Source of the DNA: Nitrospinota bacterium
GTDB lineage: Bacteria > UBA8248
DNA: 24,402 nt
Reading direction: 5' to 3'
Assembly (NCBI GenBank): GCA_030754595.1
Contig: JASLZZ010000033.1
Span: 1-24,402, forward strand
Shown here: in pieces, positions 1-8,917 of the stretch
Numbering within the stretch: position 1 is the stretch's first letter
Layout of the letters: every line of letters begins with the position of its first letter
Notes under the pieces: model-generated
What the model saw: the letters and a program-made list of their open reading frames with translations, nothing else
The model's database searches: none
What the model was told of the DNA's origin: nothing
Program-made: the position numbers and the translations under genes

Positions 1-1
1 G

Positions 2-139
2 GTCCCTGCGCTCAAGCGCATCCTCCAGAAGGGGACGGAAATCCTCGAACGAAACTATCTGGCTCAAACACTCAAGCGGATCGCCTCCATCACTCAAAAG
101 CGCATACCGGGCATCAAGGTCGAAAAATCCTGGCTGTGA
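2..139 (+). CDS. 3' end of an unknown protein-coding gene (partial; ...VPALKRILQKGTEILERNYLAQTLKRIASITQKRIPGIKVEKSWL*)
   Basis: Open frame from the window edge to TGA at 137-139, with GC3-rich codons and an amphipathic helical pattern. Too short to assign a family. Confidence 0.55.
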   Translation, partial: VPALKRILQKGTEILERNYLAQTLKRIASITQKRIPGIKVEKSWL

Positions 140-208
140 GGTCATCATCTATCTTCCGGGGCGGGAGGATTCTATTGGATCACATCAGAGATGAAATAGG
201 GGAGGTTT

Positions 209-433
209 TTAGAGGTGCCCTAGTGTGATATTTGGAAGAATTGCCGGTGCGAATGTACGTAATGCGTCGAGTAATCGAACACTACCGCAGCCGTAATCGA
301 GGATTCTCGTTTGGGGAAACCTTACAGGAGCCATTATGTCATGTGATCGGGGATCAGTTTCCAGAAGTAGAATAGGCGAAAGGACGGCTTCCAACTGAAG
401 ATTTCCGGCGCTATTAGCAGGACAAGTTGGCAT
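209..433 (-). pseudogene. Fragment resembling a class I SAM-dependent methyltransferase
   Basis: The 74-aa ORF contains RILDYGCGSVRLL, similar to motif I (ILDxGCGxG). It ends about 20 aa later and has an in-frame stop just upstream (455-457). Confidence 0.35.
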
Positions 434-770
434 TGCCGCGATGTTGATCTTCCCCTACCCTAAAAAAACGACAGGCGAATTAATGTCGCTCTATAGTTCT
501 CAATTGGCCTCGTACAAACCCAAGTAAATTCCTAACCCCCAAGAAAACACCGTCCCTGCGATCCGATTTTTCTTCTGAGGACCCAGGGATCAGATCGACA
601 AAGAAAATCGCTCCTGGGATCTTAGAACGCGCCTGAGGAGATGATGTAGGTCGGTGCGGGTGTGATGTGGGGGGAGGAATTTCGAACTTCTCTGCTCAGA
701 TTCTAAGCTGAGACGAAAGCGACAAAACGGAAAATACGTGACGAAAGTTTTCCTAAAAAAACGATTCCCG

Positions 771-790
771 GTGCTGACATAGTGCTGACA
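771..790. repeat. Direct repeat GTGCTGACA x2 with 11-bp period; possible recombinase arm-type binding sites
   Basis: gtgctgaca at 771-779 and 782-790, next to an att-like segment. The function is inferred. Confidence 0.45.
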
Positions 791-800
791 CGGACAAAAC

Positions 801-872
801 AACGGGCCCGGCATTACCCGTAACCCGTTAATTCTTATGGTGGTGATCGGAGTCTCCCGCAAACCCGTCTCT
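801..872 (-). other. att-like relic: small hairpin followed by a degenerate tRNA-3'-end-like sequence
   Basis: Inverted repeat aacggg (801-806) / cccgtt (824-829), then 838-871, whose reverse complement reads GAGACGGGTTTGCGGGAGACTCCGATCACCACCA. It ends in CCA but has no intact T-arm, so it is not a tRNA gene. Confidence 0.35.
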
Positions 873-877
873 ACTGA

Positions 878-1025
878 TTTCCCTGTTTAGCAGGGAAAAT
901 ACAGAGAATTTTTCCAATTCCGAGGGCCTATTTACCCACCCCCCCCCGGATTCATCTGCATTTAAAGGGTTTCCGAGATTTCATCCCAAAAACCGAACAG
1001 GGAATAACAGGGAATTATCAGGGAA
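878..1025. repeat. CAGGGAA-motif cluster (palindrome plus tandem copies), copy A
   Basis: tttccctg-tttag-cagggaaa palindrome at 878-898, acagagaat at 901-909, and tandem cagggaa at 998, 1008 and 1019 (10-11 bp period). Confidence 0.7.
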
Positions 1026-1091
1026 AATGGATATGATCGGCTCCCATAAAGAGACCTTCTTAAGTTATTCAATCTAGGTGGGATCCACTTT

Positions 1092-1516
1092 TTGCGGAGC
1101 ACAGCCAGACACGGAATTTTTTCCGATCTTTCATCGACTGTTTCAAACTTCGAATGGGGCAATCTATCCGGTAAAGATGAGAAAATCGGATTTTGCTATA
1201 CGGTAACCCAAGTAGGCGATGTAGATCTAATTTTTCGAATTCGCTACACGATTGGACGCGGGAACCGTAAAGAATCGATGGATTTGCCTATCCAACTCCA
1301 AACAACCCGACCGAATTTTGGGGGCATTTTCTGGTGGTGTTCACATCACATTGTCCTCCTGAGGTCGACGAGGTCCCTTGTGGACAACGAGTCAGAAAGC
1401 TTTTTCTCCGCCCCGGAAACCCCTACTTCGGATGCAGACACTGCCACGACCTGACCTACCAGAGTTGCCAAGAATCCCATAAATTCGAGTCCCTTTTCAG
1501 TAAGAAGCCTTTGTAA
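1092..1516 (+). pseudogene. Frameshifted, IS-truncated Cys-rich (Zn-ribbon-like) hypothetical protein of a type I associate with integrative elements
   Basis: ORF 1092-1454 (...LQTTRPNFGGIFWW) continues in another frame as ORF 1334-1516 (FTSHCP...CGQRVRKLFLRPGNPYFGCRHCHDLTYQSCQES). The frameshift is near 1333-1345, and the final TAA (1514-1516) lies inside the IS21 end. Confidence 0.6.
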
Positions 1517-1586
1517 AGGGCAGCCTAAAGGTGCATCGGCGGGGCGGCGTAAAAGTGTACTACCTGGTATGAGAAGAAGGGGGCCC
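1512..1586. mobile_element. Solo IS21-family terminal segment (remnant end)
   Basis: 64/75 identical without gaps to 24070-24144, the end adjoining istB. It starts with TGT and has two internal GGGC..TAAA..G.AC-type repeats 24 bp apart. Confidence 0.88.
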
Positions 1587-1644
1587 TGCAGTTAAAAAAT
1601 TTTAGGGACTCAGCCCCAAAAATGGAACCGGGAATAACAGGGAA
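1586..1644. repeat. Second, diverged copy of the CAGGGAA-motif segment (copy B)
   Basis: Aligns without gaps to 956-1014 (44/59 identical, offset 630 bp), ending in an identical gggaataacagggaa. Confidence 0.7.
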
Positions 1645-1651
1645 ATGGCTA

Positions 1652-1822
1652 TTATTTAGCTCCCACCTCCGCGTCGGTCAAAAGAATCCTTTTGCCACCG
1701 AGCTTTCCTTTCAGGACACGGTTTTCTTCGATCAAATAGTCGATCACCTTCTCCAGATGCCGGTTCACCCAGCCAGATAAGGTGTTGAGGAGGAATTCCC
1801 AGGGCTGCAGGGCTCTGTTCAT
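1652..1822 (-). pseudogene. N-terminal fragment of an rve/integrase-core-type transposase (56 aa; not in the ORF track)
   Basis: Translates as MNRALQPWEFLLNTLSGWVNRHLEKVIDYLIEENRVLKGKLGGKRILLTDAEVGAK*. This matches the recalled N-terminal motif GWxNRxQxxVIxYLxEENRVLxxxLGxKRxxLTD of that family. It is truncated where repeat copy B begins. Confidence 0.65.
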
Positions 1823-1926
1823 GAGGGCGGATTCTAACCTCTTGTGAGTAGAATGGGAGGCAGAATCCTGGCATCAAAAGGTCTTTTAGAAAAGGGAGTT
1901 AGGATTCAGATGAATATTTGGACAGG

Positions 1927-2367
1927 TCACCATTCCGCCCTGTCGATTAATTCCTTCTTCCGCGTTATGGCTTCCGCCAAATTCGCCAGGGACCTTCCAG
2001 CCATATAGTCGAGAATCTGATCCCTTAGGGGTTTCCAGGTATCATGGAGAGGACAAGGTGCGGTATCCGTGCACTCGGCCAATCCTATCGCGCACCGCAT
2101 GAAACCATCCTCTCCATCGATGGCGGTGACGACCTCAAGCAGGGATATTTCCTTGGGAGGTCTAGCGAGACCAAATCCGCCCTTGGGTCCCTTTACTGAA
2201 ACAAGAATACCGGAACGCGCCAATTGCTGAAGCAATTTCGCTAAAAAGGGCGCCGGCAACCCTTCGGCTTCTGCAATTTCCTGAGTCCGTATCAACTCGG
2301 AATCACTATTCACCGTGATGTAAGTCAGAGCCCGAAGCGCATACTCACAAGGACGCGAATAAATCAT
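1927..2367 (-). CDS. Rrf2-family transcriptional regulator, likely Fe-S binding
   Basis: EYALRAL, winged helix FLAKLLQQL...SVKGPKGGFGLARPPKEISL, and C-x6-C-x5-C-x2-H (CAIGLAECTDTAPCPLH). Confidence 0.95.
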   Translation of the reverse strand: MIYSRPCEYALRALTYITVNSDSELIRTQEIAEAEGLPAPFLAKLLQQLARSGILVSVKGPKGGFGLARPPKEISLLEVVTAIDGEDGFMRCAIGLAECTDTAPCPLHDTWKPLRDQILDYMAGRSLANLAEAITRKKELIDRAEW

Positions 2368-2526
2368 TTTTCCTTCCTAAGATTTATCGGTCAGAAAATG
2401 TCTCTTAGCGGATCACCCCAAATGGTCCATTAGGTTCCGAGCCTCCACATGAGTAGGTGCCTCCGACAGCCCCTCCCACTCGTCGTCAAATTTAGATGCA
2501 CGAGCGTTTCACCGAATCGGATACGC

Positions 2527-4506
2527 TCATGATTGCGAGATATCCTCCGGCCGGAATAGACACTCAGGCGCTGCGGGCCCGTTCCCCGGATGAGAAGCTC
2601 CCTCCGGAATGAAGGCTCCTACATTCTCCCGCACCTGGGCGATTGCCTCCTCGGCCAGGGCCAATGTTATGATTTGACGGCCCTGGGCGCGGGCTTCGGC
2701 CTCGACGCGCCCCCGGGTCATCGTGCGGGGAAATCCCTCGGGCACCCTCTCCAGGCGGGCCTCGGCCTCTTCGGTCCAGCGAAGGGGCTCATCTTCGTGT
2801 TCGGTCGGTGGCGAGGAAGGCGCGGTCTTCCGTCCGGACGCTGCCTCTCCGGGAAGCGTGTCCTCTTGCCCTTCGTCTGGGGAGGGCGCGGATGGAACCT
2901 CCTGCGGCAGGTGGGCTGGGTTGACGCTTTCCTTAATCAGAGGCCGGGCAAACTCGAGGCTTATGGTGGAAACCTTCTTGAGCCGGGCCGCCTTCTCGAT
3001 GCGCTCTTTTGCTCGGCGGCGCTCAAAGGCGTCCCCTACGCCATCGAGGGCGTCCCCCGCCGCCTTGGTCCACCGGAGCCGCCGGCCATCGAAAGTCTCC
3101 TCCTCTATGAACCCACCCTGCGCGCGTAAAACCTCATCCTCCACCCCGCGATCCACTTTTTGAAAGGCCTCCGCCCCCGCCCCGCAAACCGGGCAGCGTA
3201 CGGGGTCATCGGCCCTGGCGGTGTAACCGCAATCGGAGCAGATATGGCGGATGTCGAGATCGCGCCGGAGGTGATCTTCCGCCATCGCCTTCGCCATCCG
3301 CTCCATGACCTTTTGGGCGCCCATCGGCATGAAGGTTTCCATCGCCTCATCGATCATCTTATTCGTTACGACCGAGTGGCCCTGCTCAATCGCATAGCGC
3401 AGAACACCGGTCCGCGCCATGCCGCGTACAAAAGCGGGGACCCGCTCCATGCGTTCCAGCGCCTCATCCGTCCAGGCCACGGCCTCGTCAGCGCGGATTT
3501 CCATGGGAGGATTAAAAGTGCGCGCCGTGAGCAATACGTTGCAAGGGGCGAGCCTGAGCAGGTTTTCGGTGTTGGATCCCATGTCGCCCTCATCCACCGC
3601 ATGTACACCCACTCGGCCAAGGCACAAGAGCCAGGGCTTGACCTCGCGGCAGTAGGTGAGGATCTTCTCGAACGCCTTGCCGTCCAGGAGGGTGGTCTTA
3701 AGCTCCATGCCCTCCTCCTCGGCCAGCCGCTTGGCCACTTCGAGGTGGCCCTGGTAGATTTTCGCGAGACCCGTGTCGATGAGCTCTTCGTGGAGCTTTT
3801 CCTGCTCCTTGAAGCGGAATGTTTTTGCCGCTTTTTCGTTCAAAACGTTCACGATAGCCGAGAAAATGGTGTAGTGGAGATAGGGATCGAAGGCGGCCAC
3901 CGCCTCCACGGGCCGGTCAAGCGCGCGGCCCAGGGCAAGCGCCTGCTTCAAGGCAGCGAAGGACTGCGGGCTTCCGTCGATCCCCGCCACGATGGGCCTA
4001 CGCTCGTCCTTTTTTTCGAGATCGCGCACAATCCAAAAGTCGGTCTGCGCCCCGCGGACGACACGCTCGGCGACCCCGCCAACCTGGGTTTCCCGGCCCG
4101 CACCCATGCCGAGAGCCCCCATAACCACAAGGTCGTAGCGGCTTTGGGAGAAGTCTTCGAGAAGCATTTTGTAGTGCTTTCCGTCAAAAATCTTCCTCTC
4201 GAAGGGGATGTTCGCCTCCTCGCAGCGGCGCTCCAGGACGTCCAAATAGGAGTCCGAGATAAGACGGAGGCCGAGCGTGATGAGCGAATCATGGACCTCT
4301 CGCTGGTGCTCGAGTTCTTCTTCTTGTCGATATTTTTCAGGAAGGGTGTACTCCATCTGCTTGAAACGCATGTCATGGAGCTTCGCAGCGTAGACATGGC
4401 AACCCACCAAATGGGCACCAAAAGTAGAGGCCAAGCGAAGGGCGTGATCCATGGCGCGGTTCGAGTGGGCCGAGTTATCTACAGGCACGCAAATGGTTCG
4501 GTACAT
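2527..4506 (-). CDS. Multidomain universal stress protein: 2x USP + PCP_red + rubredoxin-like + 2x PCP_red (659 aa)
   Basis: Start moved to ATG 4506 (AGGAGG upstream; MYRTICVPVDNS). The second USP begins at IVAGIDGS. G-x2-G-x9-G motifs, CSDC...CPVC, and three WTxxA...-type repeats are present. Confidence 0.88.
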   Translation of the reverse strand: MYRTICVPVDNSAHSNRAMDHALRLASTFGAHLVGCHVYAAKLHDMRFKQMEYTLPEKYRQEEELEHQREVHDSLITLGLRLISDSYLDVLERRCEEANIPFERKIFDGKHYKMLLEDFSQSRYDLVVMGALGMGAGRETQVGGVAERVVRGAQTDFWIVRDLEKKDERRPIVAGIDGSPQSFAALKQALALGRALDRPVEAVAAFDPYLHYTIFSAIVNVLNEKAAKTFRFKEQEKLHEELIDTGLAKIYQGHLEVAKRLAEEEGMELKTTLLDGKAFEKILTYCREVKPWLLCLGRVGVHAVDEGDMGSNTENLLRLAPCNVLLTARTFNPPMEIRADEAVAWTDEALERMERVPAFVRGMARTGVLRYAIEQGHSVVTNKMIDEAMETFMPMGAQKVMERMAKAMAEDHLRRDLDIRHICSDCGYTARADDPVRCPVCGAGAEAFQKVDRGVEDEVLRAQGGFIEEETFDGRRLRWTKAAGDALDGVGDAFERRRAKERIEKAARLKKVSTISLEFARPLIKESVNPAHLPQEVPSAPSPDEGQEDTLPGEAASGRKTAPSSPPTEHEDEPLRWTEEAEARLERVPEGFPRTMTRGRVEAEARAQGRQIITLALAEEAIAQVRENVGAFIPEGASHPGNGPAAPECLFRPEDISQS

Positions 4507-4585
4507 TGAAATGAGCCCTCCTTTCGGGAAATACATACCGGAGAGGCCGGATTCGGGAAGCCTCGCGAAGCCTTTTCTAACGTCT

Positions 4586-5380
4586 CTACTTCTCCTTAAA
4601 TTCGAATTTAACGCTTACCGAACCGGCCGAAGAAACCGTGACCTGCTTGGCGATCTCGACGGGCGCGGCGTATTCGTAGAATGCGGGTTTGCCGTCTTTC
4701 TTGAGTGCCTTGGTGATCTTCCAACCCTCGTGCCAGGCCTTCAGGGTGTACTTGCCGGGTGGCACACCTTTGATTGTGAACCGGCCCTCCGCGTCGGTCA
4801 GAGCGTAGTAGGGATGATTCACCACCCAGATGTAAGCGCTCATCCATGCGTGGCCCGCGTCGCACCGCATCCAAATGATACCCGCGCGCTTGAGCCGCCT
4901 CTTGATGGTGAGCCCCTTCCGCGGGAAGGGCAGATTGTAGGAAGCTTTGCCGAACATGTGGATGTTGTGGAGGACCTCGTCGCCCGTCGTCATGGCGAGC
5001 TTGGCGCGCCGAGGGACGATGAGAACATGAGGGGTATACTCGCAGTTCTTCTGGTCGAGCAAAACGGGTTTTTTGGGCCGCACCAGCTTGCGGCCCTGCC
5101 GGATGTCGGCGAGGTAGACTACCGTGTTCTTCACTCCCTTGCTTTGAGAGTGAATGAGTAGCCTGGGCGAGGCCTTCTTTCCCGTCTTCCCCGCATCGCA
5201 CACCTCGGTGTTCTTTAGAACAGGAAAAGACGGCACCTTCGGGATGCCCCCACCCCAAATCACGCTACCGGTGATGGTTCCGCCGTTCTTTACCTTGATG
5301 GCCTTATACGCCGCATCCGCCGACGGAGTCAGGAAAACCGCCAGTGAGACGAGAAAAGCAACCGCCAACGACAGTCTCAT
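4586..5380 (-). CDS. Exported cupredoxin-like protein with a C-terminal carboxypeptidase-regulatory-like beta domain
   Basis: Signal peptide ending ADA, a type-1 copper-like ligand set HNIH...CDAGHAWM, and PYYALTDAEGRFTIKGVPPGKYTLKAWHE. Confidence 0.8.
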   Translation of the reverse strand: MRLSLAVAFLVSLAVFLTPSADAAYKAIKVKNGGTITGSVIWGGGIPKVPSFPVLKNTEVCDAGKTGKKASPRLLIHSQSKGVKNTVVYLADIRQGRKLVRPKKPVLLDQKNCEYTPHVLIVPRRAKLAMTTGDEVLHNIHMFGKASYNLPFPRKGLTIKRRLKRAGIIWMRCDAGHAWMSAYIWVVNHPYYALTDAEGRFTIKGVPPGKYTLKAWHEGWKITKALKKDGKPAFYEYAAPVEIAKQVTVSSAGSVSVKFEFKEK

Positions 5381-5437
5381 TAAATTACCCTCCTTTTATG
5401 ATTCGCCCCGTGGCGCAGAGTGCGCCGCCGCGTTCTC

Positions 5438-6355
5438 TCATTTTCCCTCGCCCGCGCCCGGCTGGGCGGGGGCGGCGCCCGAGGAGGGAGCCTTCAGTAA
5501 CTTCAGGAAATCGGCCAGGTTCTGCAGCTGCGCGACCGTCATGCTCTCCGCGAACTCAGGCATCTTGCTCTTGCCGTCTTTTGTGGTGTATCCCTTACCT
5601 CCCACGATCACCGCGTTCGGGTTCACGATGGACTCGATGAGGTACTCCCGCGTCTGGATATCTCCGATACCGGTGAGATCGGGCCCCACGCCCCCTTCCT
5701 CTTCATCCTTTGAGACGGGGAATTTCACGCCGGCAACCTTGTGGCATTTAAAACACTCCATCTCCTCGAAGGTGTCCTTGCCGTCCTCGGGATCTCCCTC
5801 GGGAAACCGGATGCTGGGCGCCATGGACGCCGCGGCCAAATCCCGCGATTTCCCCTTATATGGGGCTTGGGCTCTGGCTACCTGCTGGAGTTCCTTCGCT
5901 CCCACCTCGATGCCGCTTTCGCTCAGGAGGTAGCTGATGACGGCTGCGATCTCCTCGTCCGAGAGGGCGATGGGAGGCAGGTGAATGGGTGTCATCAGCT
6001 TGGAGAAGCCGGGCACGATAAAGACATCGGGCTCGTAGATCGACTCTACGATGTACTGGACGGCGCTCATGCCGGGCTTGCGCTTGGCGGACCGCACCTC
6101 GATAGGCTCCGTGAAGGCGTCTTTCACCCCCAGGTTTGGCCCGCGCTCGGCGCTGCCCCGGCTCCCCAGGCTGTGGCAGGTGGAGCATTTGCCCTTGTTC
6201 CAGAATAGCGCTTCTCCCGCCTCGGGGGAGATCTCCCCGCTCGGCCGCATCGTCCCGCCACCACCCGAGATCTCGGTCAATACAACGGAGACGTAGATGA
6301 ACGCGCCGATCCAGATCAGGGAAAACAGGCTGACCTTCAACAGAGTCTTCCCCAT
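5438..6355 (-). CDS. Membrane-anchored dihaem cytochrome c
   Basis: N-terminal TM helix, CSTCH and CFKCH each followed by GPxL and YxxESIxxP motifs, and distal Met candidates. Confidence 0.92.
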   Translation of the reverse strand: MGKTLLKVSLFSLIWIGAFIYVSVVLTEISGGGGTMRPSGEISPEAGEALFWNKGKCSTCHSLGSRGSAERGPNLGVKDAFTEPIEVRSAKRKPGMSAVQYIVESIYEPDVFIVPGFSKLMTPIHLPPIALSDEEIAAVISYLLSESGIEVGAKELQQVARAQAPYKGKSRDLAAASMAPSIRFPEGDPEDGKDTFEEMECFKCHKVAGVKFPVSKDEEEGGVGPDLTGIGDIQTREYLIESIVNPNAVIVGGKGYTTKDGKSKMPEFAESMTVAQLQNLADFLKLLKAPSSGAAPAQPGAGEGK

Positions 6356-6360
6356 GGGCG

Positions 6361-8070
6361 CTATCCCTCCTCACCTCTCCCGGCGCCGGAGCCCGAATGC
6401 CCATTCCGTCGTCCGCGGACCCGCCGAACCAGAAAACCCTCGAAAGCCAGCCCGACAAGCCCGCCCAGGAGGGCGTAGAGGTAGACGCCGATAGGCGTCT
6501 CGGTATCGAGCTGCACGTAGTGCCAGCTCGAGACGCTTCGCCGCATGCCGAACTCTCCATTTCTCCCGTCCCAGGCGTGGAGCACAAAGGGAACCCGCAT
6601 GCCGGGGGCGAATTGGACGTCCGTTTTTAGGTTGGGCGTTTGGAGCGGCCGAACGATCACCACCTGCCACTGGCCCGCGGAAAATGAAGCCTGGCTGCGC
6701 ACATGGTGCTCCCGGGCGGGCTTATTGGCCGGAGGCCGGCTAAACCCCTTGCCCACCTGCTCCAATACGGTCCGGCCCCCGTGGTCGGCCGGGTTCTTCT
6801 GCCAGTCCGCTCGCCACTCCCAAAGATCAACAGCCGAGCGCGCCCCACCCAGGAAGAAGTAGGGCTTGCGGGGCCCCGCGGGTGGTTTCGCCGGAAACTG
6901 GAGGGCGATGGCGTCGCGTGCGGTCCGAAGGGCGAGTTGATCCTTGACGGAGACGAAGCTGTCGCGCTGAGGCGCGAGGAACCGCTTCGGCACTTTGTGG
7001 GATTCATTCTTGAAGCGATCGAACCAAGAGATGCGAAAAGCGATCGATCGCCCGTCGTGGAGCGCCCGCACCGTCGCCCGATCGACAGAGGGATTGGGCC
7101 AGCGCGGCCGGACGATGAGTTGGCCGCTCAGAGGGACCTCAAGGCGGTCGGCCTCGTCCCAGCGGGGATCATCGGGGCGGAGGGGAATTTTACCCTCGGC
7201 GCTCCGGGCGGTGAGGACCACCTTCCCGCCTAGGGCTTCCTCCGCCTGGAGAGAGGACACGTAGTAGGCCAGGGCCCAACGTTCTCGCTCGTTGAGCGAG
7301 TCGGAGTATCCCGGCATGGGAGTTCCGTTGAGGCCGGTCGAGAGGGTTCGAAAGACCTCCTCTAGCGAGGGGCCCCAGTTCTTGTAGCGCCAGCCCGCCG
7401 CCAGGTTCGCCGGCATGATGGGAGCGTCCCAGTCGTCCTTCTGGGTGCCTGCCTCCTCGCCGTCCCCCCTACCCTCGGGGCCATGACACTTGACGCAGGC
7501 CCCCCGCGCCTCATCGATGTAGATCTTCCGCCCGAGCTGGATCAGCTCGGAGCTCTCGGCCGGGGGGGGGCCTTGTTTGATGAGCTCCTCGTAGGGGTTG
7601 AACTCGGGGTCGGCGAAGTCCTCGAAGAAGCTCTTGATGTAGAAGACCACCTGCCAAAGCTCGTCCTCGGGCAGGCGGAATGTCCCCTCCCCCCAGGCCG
7701 GCATGCCGGTGCCGGGTGCGCCAAGCGAGACGGTGCGGAAAATATCCTCGTCCGTAGGGCTCTCGCCCGTCTTTGTCGTGCGAAATTTATAGAGGCCCTT
7801 CGTGAAGTCCCGGGGCCGGGGGTGGAGGTAGTCGGCGACGGGGCCGTTTCCGTCCCCCTTCTCCCCGTGGCAGAAACCGCAACGCTTCTCGTAGACCACT
7901 TTCCCCTTGGCCACAAGCTCGGGAGTGGCCTTTGGCTTGCGCTCCCTCAGCTCGGAGTTCCCGTAGCCGGCCGGGACGGCCAGCGCCGGTACAGACCCGA
8001 GGGCGAGAATCGCGCCGAGGAGGAGCGCAAGGGCGCCCGCCATCCGCCTGCGTCCGCTCTCGCTAGTCAT
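6361..8070 (-). CDS. Dihaem cytochrome c + EbdC/DMSO-reductase gamma-like domain with C-terminal TM anchor (569 aa)
   Basis: Start moved to ATG 8070 (8043 also possible), overlapping the upstream stop. Signal peptide, CGFCH, CVKCH, PRPRDFTKGLYKFRTT, DAIALQFP...WDG, and a hydrophobic C-terminal helix. Confidence 0.88.
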   Translation of the reverse strand: MTSESGRRRMAGALALLLGAILALGSVPALAVPAGYGNSELRERKPKATPELVAKGKVVYEKRCGFCHGEKGDGNGPVADYLHPRPRDFTKGLYKFRTTKTGESPTDEDIFRTVSLGAPGTGMPAWGEGTFRLPEDELWQVVFYIKSFFEDFADPEFNPYEELIKQGPPPAESSELIQLGRKIYIDEARGACVKCHGPEGRGDGEEAGTQKDDWDAPIMPANLAAGWRYKNWGPSLEEVFRTLSTGLNGTPMPGYSDSLNERERWALAYYVSSLQAEEALGGKVVLTARSAEGKIPLRPDDPRWDEADRLEVPLSGQLIVRPRWPNPSVDRATVRALHDGRSIAFRISWFDRFKNESHKVPKRFLAPQRDSFVSVKDQLALRTARDAIALQFPAKPPAGPRKPYFFLGGARSAVDLWEWRADWQKNPADHGGRTVLEQVGKGFSRPPANKPAREHHVRSQASFSAGQWQVVIVRPLQTPNLKTDVQFAPGMRVPFVLHAWDGRNGEFGMRRSVSSWHYVQLDTETPIGVYLYALLGGLVGLAFEGFLVRRVRGRRNGHSGSGAGRGEEG

Positions 8071-8917
8071 GGAACTTCTCCGGCTTCCGGGGCTCCACGC
8101 CCGCCGTGGCGTACTCGGCGAGGATGATCTTCCATATCTCCTCATCCGTGAGGTCTTCCTTCCAGGGCGGCATGGCGCTGTCCCAGGGGCTCGCCGTCAC
8201 GGGGAGACCGATCCCGCCCTCCTTGATGCGCCAGAAGAGATAGCCCTCCACCAGGGTGGCGATGGTGCCCAGGTCGGTGAAGTTGGCCGGCTTGAGGCGG
8301 AATCCCGCCGCGTGGGGGCCCTCGCCGTCGGCCTTGGTGCCGTGGCAGGGCCGGCAGTTCTTCTGGTAGAGAACGCGCCCCTCCCGGGTGTGGCGCGCCA
8401 GGAGGCGGCGCCTCCCTTGCTGAAGGCTGAGCCCCGCGAGCTTTTCCTCTTGCATGAACTTTTGCACCAGGGCGTCGGAGGGTTTGCGGAAGGGGTTTTG
8501 GAATTTTTCGAACTTTTTGGGAATGGTAGGGTGCTGAATCCGGCTCTCAACCGGTGCCTCACTCGCCGGGGCGAGGCCGCGGTAGACGAAAAAAGCGGTG
8601 AAGAGGGGAATAGCGGTGAACACGGCCAATCGTGTTGCCCGAAGGACCCTACCCCCTTCCGCCGCCCCAAGGAGCACCAGGATGGGCTCCATGAACTCGC
8701 TCTTGAGCTCCTCACTCGAGAAGGCGTAGACGAGAATGCCCGAGAGAACGAGCAACATGTACATAAAGATCGCGCTAGCCGGCATTGGGAGGGGGGTCTT
8801 GGCATCCACCACCCACTGCGCAAAGTGAGGGAAGAGGAATCGCAGGGCCAGATAGCTCCCCACGAATACGGCCGCCGACCACCAGAACACCCCCGCTCGC
8901 CTGCCGCTCCAGCTCAT
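8063..8917 (-). CDS. Membrane protein (about 3 TM helices) with a C-terminal monohaem cytochrome c domain
   Basis: Three hydrophobic segments, CRPCH, PANFTD, and SAMPPWK (distal Met). ATGA overlap with the bd-like gene. Confidence 0.9.
   Translation of the reverse strand: MSWSGRRAGVFWWSAAVFVGSYLALRFLFPHFAQWVVDAKTPLPMPASAIFMYMLLVLSGILVYAFSSEELKSEFMEPILVLLGAAEGGRVLRATRLAVFTAIPLFTAFFVYRGLAPASEAPVESRIQHPTIPKKFEKFQNPFRKPSDALVQKFMQEEKLAGLSLQQGRRRLLARHTREGRVLYQKNCRPCHGTKADGEGPHAAGFRLKPANFTDLGTIATLVEGYLFWRIKEGGIGLPVTASPWDSAMPPWKEDLTDEEIWKIILAEYATAGVEPRKPEKFHD

Noticed and set aside
838..872. tRNA gene
   Set aside because: Only a CCA-ending fragment with a distorted T-loop. No cloverleaf can be built.
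590..1162. Minus-strand ORFs 590-862 and 962-1162
   Set aside because: They run across repeat and att-like non-coding DNA, have atypical composition and carry no motifs.
1656..1877. 73-aa ORF from the track as a real gene
   Set aside because: The meaningful frame here is the overlapping 1652-1822 transposase fragment.
7562..7570. G9 homopolymer as a phase-variation switch
   Set aside because: It is in frame, encodes a Pro-rich linker (GPPP) in a GC-rich gene, and nothing indicates length variation.
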